A stretch of 64,000 bases of DNA from an uncultured Saprospiraceae bacterium (lineage in GTDB: Bacteria; Bacteroidota; Bacteroidia; Chitinophagales; Saprospiraceae), in contig CAVVAS010000008.1 of the NCBI GenBank assembly GCA_963746195.1, positions 50,979-114,978 on the forward strand. The letters are read 5' to 3'. Under the pieces are notes generated by a model. That model was not told the origin of the DNA. It did not search any database and saw nothing but the letters and a program-made list of their open reading frames with translations. Positions 9,112 to 18,276 of this stretch are shown piece by piece. The translations under genes and the position numbers were made by a program. Positions within the stretch are counted from its first letter, which is position 1. Each line of letters opens with the position of its first letter.

Positions 9112-10440
9112 TCAGGAAGAAGTAACAACTTTTTTCAAAATATACTCACCGATTTTTCTGCCCTGGTCCACGCCGTAATTAATAGCCGGCAAGTAATGAA
9201 TGCCACCATATTCACGACTGATAGCAGCTTCAGATGCTGCCTCCTGGAAAGAATGAAATGTTCGGGCAGGCATACCATATTCAACTTCTGTGCTATCAAT
9301 AAATTCAAAATGGTCTCCAAAAAGATGCGTCAACACCACACAAGAAGCCGTTGATATCACACTATGACCACTTGTATGCTCCGGAAACGGAGGTGTCTGA
9401 AGCGTCGGCACCCAGTTAGGATCAATGTACTGATTGATATAAGTTTCCGGCCGCAATAAATTGCTGCGATACTTTTCGTCCCAGCAACTGATAAAGCCAT
9501 CAAACAAGGCAATCGATGTCAGCGTGTATGCTTCAGAAGTACCGATCATATCAAGCCCTGATTTGCGTGTCACCAACCGGACGATGCCCATCCAGTGTCC
9601 ACCGGGCGTCATTTTTTTTGTTGCAAACATCAGGTGGCCTTGCTGATGCATCACATATGGATTGCAATCCCAAAAATTGGCGATAGCGACTTTGTTATCC
9701 TTATCAGTGTCATCGATTTTATACACTTCCATTGCTTCCTGGTAAAATTGAGAATTTTTATCAGTGCTGAATGGCGTATGTGGTGCTGGGGGAAATTGAT
9801 GAGCGCTGTCAAGTGTCATGGGCCTGATCTGACCCCAGTTTGGTTCAACGCCTTCTATGTATGCAGGAGGTGTTGGTTGCCAGCGGCCCGGTTCGCTTGT
9901 CACAGTATATTTTGGAAAGCTTCTTGTCTGTGCGTAATTATCTTTTTTTGACCAGGCGAGGATGTGATCAGCTACAGTTTTGCCGTAAGCTGTCGATGCC
10001 TGGAAAATATCATCAGGGACACCATCCGCTTTTAATTTTGCATAAAGCTGTGTCCTGAAATCTTCTACTTCGGCTTCAGAAAAAATAAGTGCTTTTGAAA
10101 CGATGATATACGCTTCGAGACCGGCGATATCGAAATTGATCGGTTGATCAGCAGGTGGTGCCGGAACTTCGGTGAGATCTTTGAGTTGGCCTGCGAGAGT
10201 TTTATATTTTTTAGGATTATCGTACCGGAATGCTTCATAGCCTGCGATGTTGGAGTAGGCATAAATCCGGGCAGCGACTACGGGGGAAAAGATATCGTGG
10301 ACGATGACTTCGGTGGTCTTCCTGACGGCATCGTGCAAATATTCGGTGTTACCGCAAATTTTGGAATCAAAAGGGGCTTTTTTGCAAGCCGGGATGAAAA
10401 GGGAAAAGATGAGGAGGGTGAAATACAAACCGGACTTCAT
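9112..10440 (-). CDS. PAP2-superfamily / vanadium-haloperoxidase-like lipoprotein
   Basis: 442 aa. Lipobox 'LFIPAC' plus PAP2 motifs 'KYRSNLLRP', 'PEHTSGHS' and 'SREYGGIH'. Confidence 0.7.
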   Translation of the reverse strand: MKSGLYFTLLIFSLFIPACKKAPFDSKICGNTEYLHDAVRKTTEVIVHDIFSPVVAARIYAYSNIAGYEAFRYDNPKKYKTLAGQLKDLTEVPAPPADQPINFDIAGLEAYIIVSKALIFSEAEVEDFRTQLYAKLKADGVPDDIFQASTAYGKTVADHILAWSKKDNYAQTRSFPKYTVTSEPGRWQPTPPAYIEGVEPNWGQIRPMTLDSAHQFPPAPHTPFSTDKNSQFYQEAMEVYKIDDTDKDNKVAIANFWDCNPYVMHQQGHLMFATKKMTPGGHWMGIVRLVTRKSGLDMIGTSEAYTLTSIALFDGFISCWDEKYRSNLLRPETYINQYIDPNWVPTLQTPPFPEHTSGHSVISTASCVVLTHLFGDHFEFIDSTEVEYGMPARTFHSFQEAASEAAISREYGGIHYLPAINYGVDQGRKIGEYILKKVVTSS

Positions 10441-10462
10441 TGTCTGACTATTTGATTGGGGG

Positions 10463-10470
10463 CAAAGGTA
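10463..10470 (-). promoter_or_regulatory. Candidate Bacteroidota -7 box (TAccTTTG on the minus strand)
   Basis: CAAAGGTA on the plus strand, 22 nt upstream of the 10440 start codon. Confidence 0.35.
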
Positions 10471-10501
10471 GTGAAAAGGGTACTTTCATTTTTTACCAAC
10501 T

Positions 10502-10516
10502 GATTTCGCCGAAATC
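10502..10516. promoter_or_regulatory. Palindromic motif, site 3 (tGATTTCG-C-CGAAATCa)
   Basis: Perfect 8-1-8 palindrome at 10501-10517 in the divergent 10440/10664 promoter region. The extended block to 10543 matches 18149-18190. Confidence 0.45.
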
Positions 10517-10663
10517 AAATGCCATTATTGCCCGTAGTTATTGGGCCATATCACATACATTTATTTGTCATATGTCATCCACAAAGTCATCATTTCATAT
10601 GCTCAGGATTCATTAAATTGAGCTTACAGAAGTCAGTCAAATGCAAAATCAAAAAATAAGCAA

Positions 10664-11686
10664 ATGCTAGCCCAGGTCCTGGTCAGAAACTCGACGCCCC
10701 AAAATTCATTCGAACTCAGGGAAGTTCCCATCCCCGAACTGCAGCCTGGCCAGGTGCGGATCAAAGTATCTGCATTCGGGCTCAACTATGCCGACATCAT
10801 GGCTCGCCAGGGACTTTATCGTGAATGCCCTCCGCTGCCATGCATTATCGGTTATGATGTGGAAGGGGTCATCGATGATGTTAGCCCAGGTGTTCAGGAA
10901 TTCAAAAAAGGTGATCGGGTATTTGCATTGACAAGGTTTGGTGGTTATGCGCAATTTGTTTGTACACAAGTGGAGGCAGTCGGACATCTTCATCCGGATA
11001 CACCGGTAGGCGAGGGATGTGGACTTGCTACGCAGTGTGTGACGGCTTATCATGCGGCAATTCATTGCATGACTTTGATGCCAGGCGAAAAAGTATTGAT
11101 TCATGCTGCTGCGGGTGGATTGGGGACTGCATTGATTCAGCTTGCATTGTGGAAAGGTTGTATTGTGATTGGTATTGCGGGTGGAAAACAAAAAGTGGAT
11201 TATCTGAAATCACTTGGTGTGCAACATATCATCAATCATCACGAAACATCTTATATGGATGCAGTACATGAACATCTCGGTGGAAAGGTGGATGTGGTGT
11301 TTGATAACCTGGGCGGGTCTTCAATTAAAAAAGCAAAAACAATTCTTGCCCGAGGTGGTCGTATTGTGACTTTGGGAGCTGCTGCACTTAGCGGTAAAAA
11401 AAGTAAGTTGAGTCTTGTCAAATTGGTGTGGGGCTTTGGATTTTTTTCACCGATATCTTATCTCTCAAAATCACAGAGCCTGATCGGTGTAAATATGTTG
11501 AAGATTGCTGATCATCGCCGGGATATTATTGCTCATGAATTTAAAGAAGTGCAAAAGCTTCATGAGGATGGTATATTGAAACCGCATGTGGGAAAAATAT
11601 TTGATTACAATCAACTCCCGGAAGCTCAGGCATGGATGGAGGACAGGAAGTCGATTGGGAAGGTGGTGGTGAGGTGGGATCAGTGA
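10664..11686 (+). CDS. Medium-chain dehydrogenase/reductase, quinone-oxidoreductase-like
   Basis: 340 aa. 'GLNYADIMARQGLY', 'VLIHAAAGGLGTA' and a C-terminal 'GKVVV' are typical of MDR/Qor/VAT-1-like proteins. Confidence 0.85.
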   Translation: MLAQVLVRNSTPQNSFELREVPIPELQPGQVRIKVSAFGLNYADIMARQGLYRECPPLPCIIGYDVEGVIDDVSPGVQEFKKGDRVFALTRFGGYAQFVCTQVEAVGHLHPDTPVGEGCGLATQCVTAYHAAIHCMTLMPGEKVLIHAAAGGLGTALIQLALWKGCIVIGIAGGKQKVDYLKSLGVQHIINHHETSYMDAVHEHLGGKVDVVFDNLGGSSIKKAKTILARGGRIVTLGAAALSGKKSKLSLVKLVWGFGFFSPISYLSKSQSLIGVNMLKIADHRRDIIAHEFKEVQKLHEDGILKPHVGKIFDYNQLPEAQAWMEDRKSIGKVVVRWDQ

Positions 11687-11742
11687 AAAAGTTTGATTTT
11701 AAATGAAATAAAATTTTATTTTTTTATTTAAATTAAAAATAA

Positions 11743-12345
11743 TTATTTGTCCACTGTGTAATCCATATTCAATAAAATATACTGAACATCCTTACGCCGA
11801 CTAAGTCGCTCAACCATTCCGGGAACATTATCCTTATTTAGCAGGCCCACGAATTCTGCAAATTTAATTACATACAAAGGCATTTTGAGAAATGCTGTAT
11901 CTTCTTTATTCAAATTATTAATGACATAAGTATCGTCTATAAAATCTTTAATCGAATTTCCTTCTAAGCTCATATTGTCTATTTCATGAAGTGAAAGTTC
12001 TGCTATAGAATCCAGTTTACTGCTGCAACTTATCTCAAACTTTGTTAGTTGTCCCCTGGAATTAAATATTAGTGTTTCCGGCAATGAATTACCTAAATAT
12101 CGATATTGCTTACGATTTATTTCTGAGTAATCTTTTATTCTATAAATTTCATTTTGCAGGCCGAGGTGTTTGTAATATTTGATGACATCTGAATCGGAGA
12201 GATATTTGGGTTGATGGGCCCCATATACCAGCATAACTATTGGCGTACAAGATATTACAAGAAGACCAAAAAAGGATAGTATACCTACTATAAATAATCG
12301 ATGGCGCCATCTATTGCTTGTGTACAATACAGGAGGTTTTTCCAA
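11743..12345 (-). CDS. Hypothetical membrane-anchored protein
   Basis: 200-aa ORF with a TTG start and one N-terminal TM segment. No family recognised. Confidence 0.45.
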   Translation of the reverse strand: MEKPPVLYTSNRWRHRLFIVGILSFFGLLVISCTPIVMLVYGAHQPKYLSDSDVIKYYKHLGLQNEIYRIKDYSEINRKQYRYLGNSLPETLIFNSRGQLTKFEISCSSKLDSIAELSLHEIDNMSLEGNSIKDFIDDTYVINNLNKEDTAFLKMPLYVIKFAEFVGLLNKDNVPGMVERLSRRKDVQYILLNMDYTVDK

Positions 12346-12357
12346 TTTCGTTAAATT

Positions 12358-12828
12358 CTATCCCAACATTTTTTTTACATAAGCGATCTGTCCCAAATGA
12401 TAAATATCATGTTGAAGAATGCCGTATAAAAGATAGCGTACATCATATTTCCTTTCGGCGACCTGCTCTGTCAATGCTTCTTCCTTTGTGTTATTTAATA
12501 TTTCAATTAAACGCTCCTGAGAGCTTTCTAATTGCTCCAATCCTTTTTCCCATAACGAAACATCGCTGTGATCCAGTTTTTGCCAGTCATTGACAGCGAA
12601 ATACCTCGATGATTTACCTTTTTCAGGTTTCAGTCTGCTGATCGTGAATTCACGCCAGATGATCATGTGGTAAAGCAATTCCAAAATGCTGTGTTGGCCA
12701 TTTGGTTTTTGAACTGCCGTCTTAGCATCTATTTCAGATAATATTGTCTTTATGTTTCTGCCGAACCAGGGACCTCCATCGTAGGCTTCCTTGTACATGG
12801 TGATGAGGTATGGAATTTCGTCCTCCAT
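12358..12828 (-). CDS. DinB-family (four-helix-bundle metal-binding) protein
   Basis: 156 aa. 'ILELLYHMIIWREF' and 'LQHDIYHLGQIAYVKK' are typical DinB_2 histidine motifs. Confidence 0.75.
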   Translation of the reverse strand: MEDEIPYLITMYKEAYDGGPWFGRNIKTILSEIDAKTAVQKPNGQHSILELLYHMIIWREFTISRLKPEKGKSSRYFAVNDWQKLDHSDVSLWEKGLEQLESSQERLIEILNNTKEEALTEQVAERKYDVRYLLYGILQHDIYHLGQIAYVKKMLG

Positions 12829-12847
12829 TTCTTTTGAATTTAGTTTT

Positions 12848-12855
12848 CAAAATTA
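12848..12855 (-). promoter_or_regulatory. Candidate -7 box (TAatTTTG on the minus strand)
   Basis: CAAAATTA on the plus strand, 20 nt upstream of the 12828 start. Confidence 0.3.
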
Positions 12856-12880
12856 GGGATTTCATGGATAAAGAATAATA

Positions 12881-14154
12881 AACTAATTCGCAAAACCGAG
12901 ATCATTACTTGTTCGGCGTAGGCTAAGCCTACGTCGGGGCGTTCGCAAATTTCAGATTTGCGAATGTGAAATCATCTTTAATCATTAAGATTGCAATTTC
13001 TACAAGAACTAACACGCAAAACCGAGTTTTGCCAACACTACGACGTAGGTACAACCTACGCCGAACAACTCTGTTTTATTTTACTTTATTTTACTATTGA
13101 GAAACATTAAGCCTTGTTCGGCGTAGGCTAAGCCTACGTCGGGGCGTTCGCAAATTTCCGATTTGCGGATGTGAAATCATCTGCCATCATAAAAATCAAT
13201 TTCAATTAATGCCGGCCTGTCACTATAATTTCTTGCGCTGCTATACATCCATTCTTCTGGTTTTTCGACCAAGCCGGCTCTAACAGGATTTAGATGAATG
13301 TATTGCAATTTCTGCATGAGGAAGTCATGTGTAAATATTTCAACAGGATGATTTTCGTGAGTCCAGAATTGATGTTCTCCGTTCCTGACATTTTTTTGAG
13401 ATGCAAATTCAAACCGTTTTAACATCCAGTTTTCCCGTGGCTCAACTTTAGGAGAAATTGCCTTAATGATCTTAGTAGCTGTATATCGTTTAAAATCTCT
13501 TATAAAATCCGGGAGATTTCCATTTTTAGTGCTAAGGATAACATGGACATGATTGGACATGATAACATAAGCCCAAAGTAGCATGCCTTTTTCTTTTCGG
13601 CAATATTCAAAACTTTCAAGTACAATATCCCTATAGATTTTCCGGGTAAAAATATCAACCCAGTCCATCACCTGAAAAGTCAGATAATAAGTACCTGTTG
13701 GATTATCAATTTTATAACCGGTCGACATTCCATAAAAATAGTATTGAAAGATATATGAATGTTGATGTATCCGTATTTATACGTAAGTATACGTAAGCTA
13801 AACGAAACGCGAAACCATACCCTGTTCGGCGTAGGCTGAGCCTACGTCAGCGCGTTCGTAAATTTCCGATTTGCGAAAGTGAAATCAACAGCCATTTGTG
13901 TATAAACTAATTCGCAAAACCGAGTTTTGCCAACACACCGACGTAGGTACAACCTACGCCGAACAACTATATTTTATTTATTTTTAGCTACCTATAAAAC
14001 TTAAGACTTGTCCGGCGTAGGCTGAGCCTACGTCGGGGCGTTCGCAAATTTCCGATTTGCGAAAAAGAAATCAACAACCATTTGTGCATCAACTAATTCG
14101 CAAAACCGAGTTTTGCTAACACCCCGACGTAGGTATAACCTACGCCGAACAACT
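12881..14154. mobile_element. REP/REPIN-like element cluster surrounding a RAYT gene
   Basis: Type A copies at 12910-12975, 13125-13180, 13823-13887 and 14009-14073. Inverted type B copies at 13007-13070, 13905-13968 and 14091-14154, plus a truncated copy at 12881-12900. Confidence 0.8.
13177..13728 (-). CDS. REP-associated tyrosine transposase (RAYT; IS200/IS605-type Y1 HUH transposase)
   Basis: 183 aa. HUH motif 'SNHVHVIL' and Tyr block 'YIHLNPVRAGL'. No tnpB partner. Flanked by palindromic repeats. Confidence 0.85.
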   Translation of the reverse strand: MSTGYKIDNPTGTYYLTFQVMDWVDIFTRKIYRDIVLESFEYCRKEKGMLLWAYVIMSNHVHVILSTKNGNLPDFIRDFKRYTATKIIKAISPKVEPRENWMLKRFEFASQKNVRNGEHQFWTHENHPVEIFTHDFLMQKLQYIHLNPVRAGLVEKPEEWMYSSARNYSDRPALIEIDFYDGR

Positions 14155-14328
14155 ATATCTTTGATAATATTCAGTTGATCAGTTGTTTATGTGGACATTA
14201 AAAGACATAAAATAAACTTTTCCAATAAAGACTATGTTTGAATTGCTTGCCTTGTCCATAAAGTGAGATAAACGCGATGAATTGAATTTTAATGAAATTT
14301 GTATTTAAGATCAGAAAGATATACTCCT

Positions 14329-14712
14329 ATGTTACGAATAGCTTTGATTGCACACGACGGAAAGAAAGCCGATATGGTTTCTTTCGTCCTGAAAAATAAA
14401 GACCTCTTTAAGAAGGCAGAACTCTTCGCCACTTCCACCACCGGAGTATTCCTCGAGAAGGCCGGGTTTAAAGTGACAAAGTTTTTGTCAGGCCCTGTAG
14501 GTGGTGATGCACAGATTGCTGCCAAGGTGGCGACAGGCGAACTTGATTTTGTATTTTTTTTTCGCGACCCTCTATATCGGCACCCGCATGAACCGGATGT
14601 ACAAATGCTGATGAGGATGTGTGATGTCCATAATATTCCTCTAGCTACGAATCCTGCAGCCGCCGAATATTTATTAAAAGGAATGATCGCCGACGAGAAT
14701 ACGGATATATGA
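14329..14712 (+). CDS. mgsA: Methylglyoxal synthase
   Basis: '[11 protein letters not shown]...ATSTTG...[12 protein letters not shown]...FFRDPL..HPHEPDV' matches MgsA. The ATG at 14329 is preferred over the TTG at 14299. The stop overlaps the uvrC ATG (ATGA). Confidence 0.9.
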   Translation: MLRIALIAHDGKKADMVSFVLKNKDLFKKAELFATSTTGVFLEKAGFKVTKFLSGPVGGDAQIAAKVATGELDFVFFFRDPLYRHPHEPDVQMLMRMCDVHNIPLATNPAAAEYLLKGMIADENTDI

Positions 14713-16518
14713 CCGATGAGGATTTTAAAGAAGTTGTTGATTCCTTACCCAGGCAACCGGGTATTTATAAATTTCTGAACCCGGAAGGAAAAGTCATTTA
14801 TGTTGGCAAGGCAAAAAACCTGAAGAGCCGGATCTCATCTTATTTCGGCGAAAAGAAAAATCAGTATTTCAAAACCCTGACAATGGTGAAGCACGCTCAC
14901 CATTTTGAATACACCATCGTAGAGAGTGAGCAGGATGCGTTGTTATTGGAGAATACACTCATCAAACAAATCCAACCCCGATATAATGTTCTTCTGAAAG
15001 ATGATAAATCTTATACGTTTATCACCATTAAAAACGAAAGATTTCCACGTGTTTTCCTAACAAGGAGAGTCATACGCGATGGCTCCACTTATTTTGGTCC
15101 TTATACTTCTAAAGCACGTGTGAAGGAGATCCTGGAAATTGTAAAAAAACTTTTTCCATTGCGTACATGTCCTTTACTGCTCAATCCTCAACCCATTGCA
15201 GCAGGTAAGTATAAAGTTTGTCTTGAATATCACATCAAAAATTGCCTGGGTCCGTGCGAAGGACTTGAAACAGAAGAATCCTATAATGCACGCATCGAAC
15301 AAGTCCGAAATATTCTCAAAGGAAATTTCAGAGGGGTCATACAACATCTCAAATCACAGGATGGAGAAGCATGCGGCATGAAATGGAGTTTGAGAAAGCT
15401 CAGCAGATTAAAGGAAAAATTAACCTTATTTGAAGATTATCAATCCCGATCGACGGTAGTCAGTCACATGGACAGGGATCTTGATGTTTTAGCATTGCCA
15501 CTGATGAAACCTATGCCTATGTCAATTACCTCAAAGTAGTGCAGGGTGCGATTATAAACAGTTACACGCAGGAACTTCAGAAAAACCTAAATGAGGATGA
15601 GAGCGAATTGTTAGCTTTTACGATTGACGGTTGCGGGAAAAATTTAACAGCATCACTGAAGAGATCGTTGTTCCATTTAAAGTAGAACTTGTCGAACAGG
15701 GAATTATTCAGACCATTCCGCAACGAGGGGAGAAGAAAGAATTATTGGATCTCTCGCTCAAGAATGTCAAATATTTTCTTTTGCAAAAACAAAAGGAAAA
15801 AATGAATAACACCAAGCAGACACCTGCTGAACGAATATTGGGAAAATTGCAACAGGATCTTCGGATGAAAGAAGTGCCGATGCATATTGAATGTTTTGAC
15901 AATAGTAATTTCCAGGGTACTGATCCCGTCGCATCATGTGTTGTTTTTAGAAATGCAAAACCGGCCAAGAGAGATTACCGGCATTTTCATGTGAAGACTG
16001 TCGAAGGTCCGGATGATTTTGCTTCGATGCGTGAAATTGTTGAGCGTCGTTATAAACGAATGCTTGATGAAAATCAAAAATTACCTGAGTTGGTTGTCAT
16101 CGATGGTGGTAAAGGTCAATTGAGTGCTGCCATGGAAGCTATTACCAGTTTGGGTATGCTCGATAAGATGACTGTTATTGGTATTGCTAAAAAACTGGAA
16201 GAAATATATTTTCCAGGTGATTCCATTCCATTATATATCGATAAAAAATCAGAATCGTTAAGGCTCATCCAACAAATCCGTAATGAAGCACATCGGTTTG
16301 CGATTACTTTTCACAGAAATACAAGGAGTAAAAATTTCACTAACACAGAACTTACTGCAATCAAAGGGATAGGGGAGAAGACAGCAGAGAAATTATTGAA
16401 GCATTTTGGTTCAGTAAAGAAATTGCGAGAAGCTTCTTCAGAGGAAATTGTTAAGATAGTTGGTCAATCAGCAGCTGCGAAAATCATGGCAGCTGTTTCT
16501 GCACAGGGTGCTACTTAA
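14709..16518 (+). pseudogene. uvrC: Excinuclease ABC subunit C, interrupted by about 5 frameshifts between 15360 and 15630
   Basis: GIY-YIG N-terminus in ORF 14709..15539; endonuclease and HhH C-terminus in ORF 15631..16518. The UVR-domain text MEKHAA|EMEFEKAQQIK|EKLTLFEDYQ and ...IATDETYAYVNYLKVVQGAIINSYT... can only be read by hopping frames 0>1>2>0>2>1. Confidence 0.8.
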
Positions 16519-16530
16519 AACCATTGATCC

Positions 16531-16610
16531 CTTTTCTAAGCGATTTCTTAAGTTTCTTATGTTCCTAAGTGGTAAAAAAGGGAATGGTTCTTTTAGTTAG
16601 AAAAAATAGT
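16531..16610 (+). repeat. Degenerate solo copy (left arm only) of the CTATGTGG/CCACATAG hairpin-element family
   Basis: TTTCTTAAGTTTCTTATGTTCCTAAGTGGTAAAAAAG resembles 25484-25530. Lies directly after the uvrC stop. Confidence 0.45.
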
Positions 16611-16616
16611 CATTGG

Positions 16617-16656
16617 TTGCCTATTGCCAATTGCCTATTGCCAATTGCCTATCGCC
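16617..16656. repeat. Heptamer tandem tract (TTGCCTA/TTGCCAA, 5 units plus a degenerate one)
   Basis: Read directly from the sequence. Ends 1 nt before the stop codon of 16658..17155. Confidence 0.9.
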
Positions 16657-16657
16657 T

Positions 16658-17155
16658 TTATCTCGTGCCTAGTGAAATATTATCCTCATCTAACGAATGG
16701 TGAAGACTTTCTCCCATTTCCAGAAGTTGTCCTGCTGTCATAGCACCTTCATGTCGTAACATGATTTTTCCTTTTCCATCAACAAACATGAATGTAGGAA
16801 ATGTTGTCACACCATATAAATCAGTGAGTTCAGGACCGGGAGAATTTCCACCTGCATCAATTTTATAATTGATGAAATATTGATTGAAATAGGCTGCCAA
16901 TGTGCCTTGGGTAAAAACGGATTCATCCATTCTCTTGCAAGAAGGTATCCATGGTGCACAGAAGTCGAGGAAAACAGGTTTCTCCATTTTATCCGCAAAC
17001 GCCAGTAAATAACTCAGATCCGGACTCTCCGCAAATTGCAATGTCCTGGAGCAGGATGCCGGCCGTACCACGATTGGATTATAATAAGTTGGGGCGCAGG
17101 CGCTGATAATACCAAGTAAAATGCAGGAGACAATGGAGTAGATGTACAACTTCAT
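16658..17155 (-). CDS. Thioredoxin-fold lipoprotein
   Basis: The ATG at 17155 gives the lipobox 'LLGIISAC'. 'FLDFCAPWIPSCKRM' is a thioredoxin-like active-site region. Confidence 0.6.
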   Translation of the reverse strand: MKLYIYSIVSCILLGIISACAPTYYNPIVVRPASCSRTLQFAESPDLSYLLAFADKMEKPVFLDFCAPWIPSCKRMDESVFTQGTLAAYFNQYFINYKIDAGGNSPGPELTDLYGVTTFPTFMFVDGKGKIMLRHEGAMTAGQLLEMGESLHHSLDEDNISLGTR

Positions 17156-17245
17156 AGGTTGATTAAATGAGTAAGCGTTCAACCTTCAGATGCAAATCAT
17201 ATGCCAAAAAAAAATAATATGAAATTGGGCCTGTTTTGGAATGCC

Positions 17246-18052
17246 CTAAGCCAATAAATCAGGAAGTTTTTCAGGATCTAACAATGAACCCATGACGATG
17301 AAATCCGGGTTCAAAAGATTGGGCTTATTGTAGACAAGAGGGTTTAATGTTTCTGCATTGATGACGCTGCCTCCTGCTTCTTCAAGGATACATTGTGCTG
17401 CTGCAGTATCCCATTCCATGGTAGGGCCAAAACGCGGATAAAAATGGGCTTCTCCGTCTGCTATCAATAAAAACTTTAAAGAACTACCCACAGAAATAAT
17501 TTCAGGTTGATTCAACATGGAAATAATTCCGTCAGTATGCGGGTCTCTGTGACTTCTTGAGGCGACAACTTTAATTCCCGGATCCATCAGGTAGAAGGGG
17601 CTAGTTTTTAGAACAAATTTTTTATTTGTTTCATCTATTCGAAATGCTCCTTTACCTTTTTCAGCGACATAAGCTAAACCGGTGCAGGGCACAAACACAA
17701 ATCCTCCTATCGGATGCTGGCCTTCCATGTAGGCGATATTGACAGTGAACTCACCATTGCGTTTAATAAATTCCTTTGTCCCGTCAAGTGGATCTACCAG
17801 GAAGTACTTATCATACTTTGATCTCACTTCAAATGTATCCTGCTTGCTTTCTTCTGAGATGACCGGAATGTCCGGATAGTTGGCCTTGAGTCTTTCGATG
17901 ATGATTTGATTGGATCGCTTATCCGCCGCAGTCAATGGGCTGAGGTCCGATTTGATTTCGGTTTGAAAGAGTTTGACATCGCTGTAGATCTCCAGGATTG
18001 CTGTGCTTGCTTCTCTGAGGATTGGGAGGATGATGTCGGTCATTGAGGGCAT
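17246..18052 (-). CDS. cysQ: 3'(2'),5'-bisphosphate nucleotidase
   Basis: 268 aa with inositol-monophosphatase-family motifs 'VDPLDGTKEF' and 'WDTAAAQCILEEAGG'. Confidence 0.85.
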   Translation of the reverse strand: MPSMTDIILPILREASTAILEIYSDVKLFQTEIKSDLSPLTAADKRSNQIIIERLKANYPDIPVISEESKQDTFEVRSKYDKYFLVDPLDGTKEFIKRNGEFTVNIAYMEGQHPIGGFVFVPCTGLAYVAEKGKGAFRIDETNKKFVLKTSPFYLMDPGIKVVASRSHRDPHTDGIISMLNQPEIISVGSSLKFLLIADGEAHFYPRFGPTMEWDTAAAQCILEEAGGSVINAETLNPLVYNKPNLLNPDFIVMGSLLDPEKLPDLLA

Positions 18053-18148
18053 TGCATTTGCAAGTTGGGGAAAAGAAGTGAATAACTGGAATCAAATTAT
18101 GATTTCTGAAGAGAAAAATGACAATGGAATAGTAAAGGATTTGAATTT

Positions 18149-18163
18149 GATTTTGCCGAAATC
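18149..18163. promoter_or_regulatory. Palindromic motif, site 4 (GATTTTGCCGAAATC, one mismatch)
   Basis: 97 nt upstream of the cysQ start and 114 nt 3' of the ArsR-like gene. The extended block 18149-18190 matches 10502-10543. Confidence 0.4.
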
Positions 18164-18276
18164 AATTGCCTGGAATGCCTGTAGTTATTGAGAAAACATG
18201 GATATAAAAAATAATAATATGTTATCCTTGCTGATAAAACATTTTCACTCAATTTTACGTATACAATCAAAAAATT

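Noticed and set aside
10501-10517. FNR/CRP-type box (TTGAT...ATCAA)
   Set aside because: The TTGAT/ATCAA half-sites are separated by 9 nt instead of 4, and the conserved positions are the inner TTTCG/CGAAA. This does not match the CRP/FNR consensus.
11687-14298. Genomic island or defence locus around the RAYT gene
   Set aside because: The neighbours are a DinB-family protein, a small membrane protein and mgsA. There are no integrase, restriction, toxin or nuclease genes, so only the REP/RAYT system itself is supported.
15355-15635. Programmed ribosomal frameshifting or intein-like interruption in uvrC
   Set aside because: Five separate shifts in different directions, none at a slippery heptamer, cannot be programmed. 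No extra sequence is inserted relative to the expected UvrC text.
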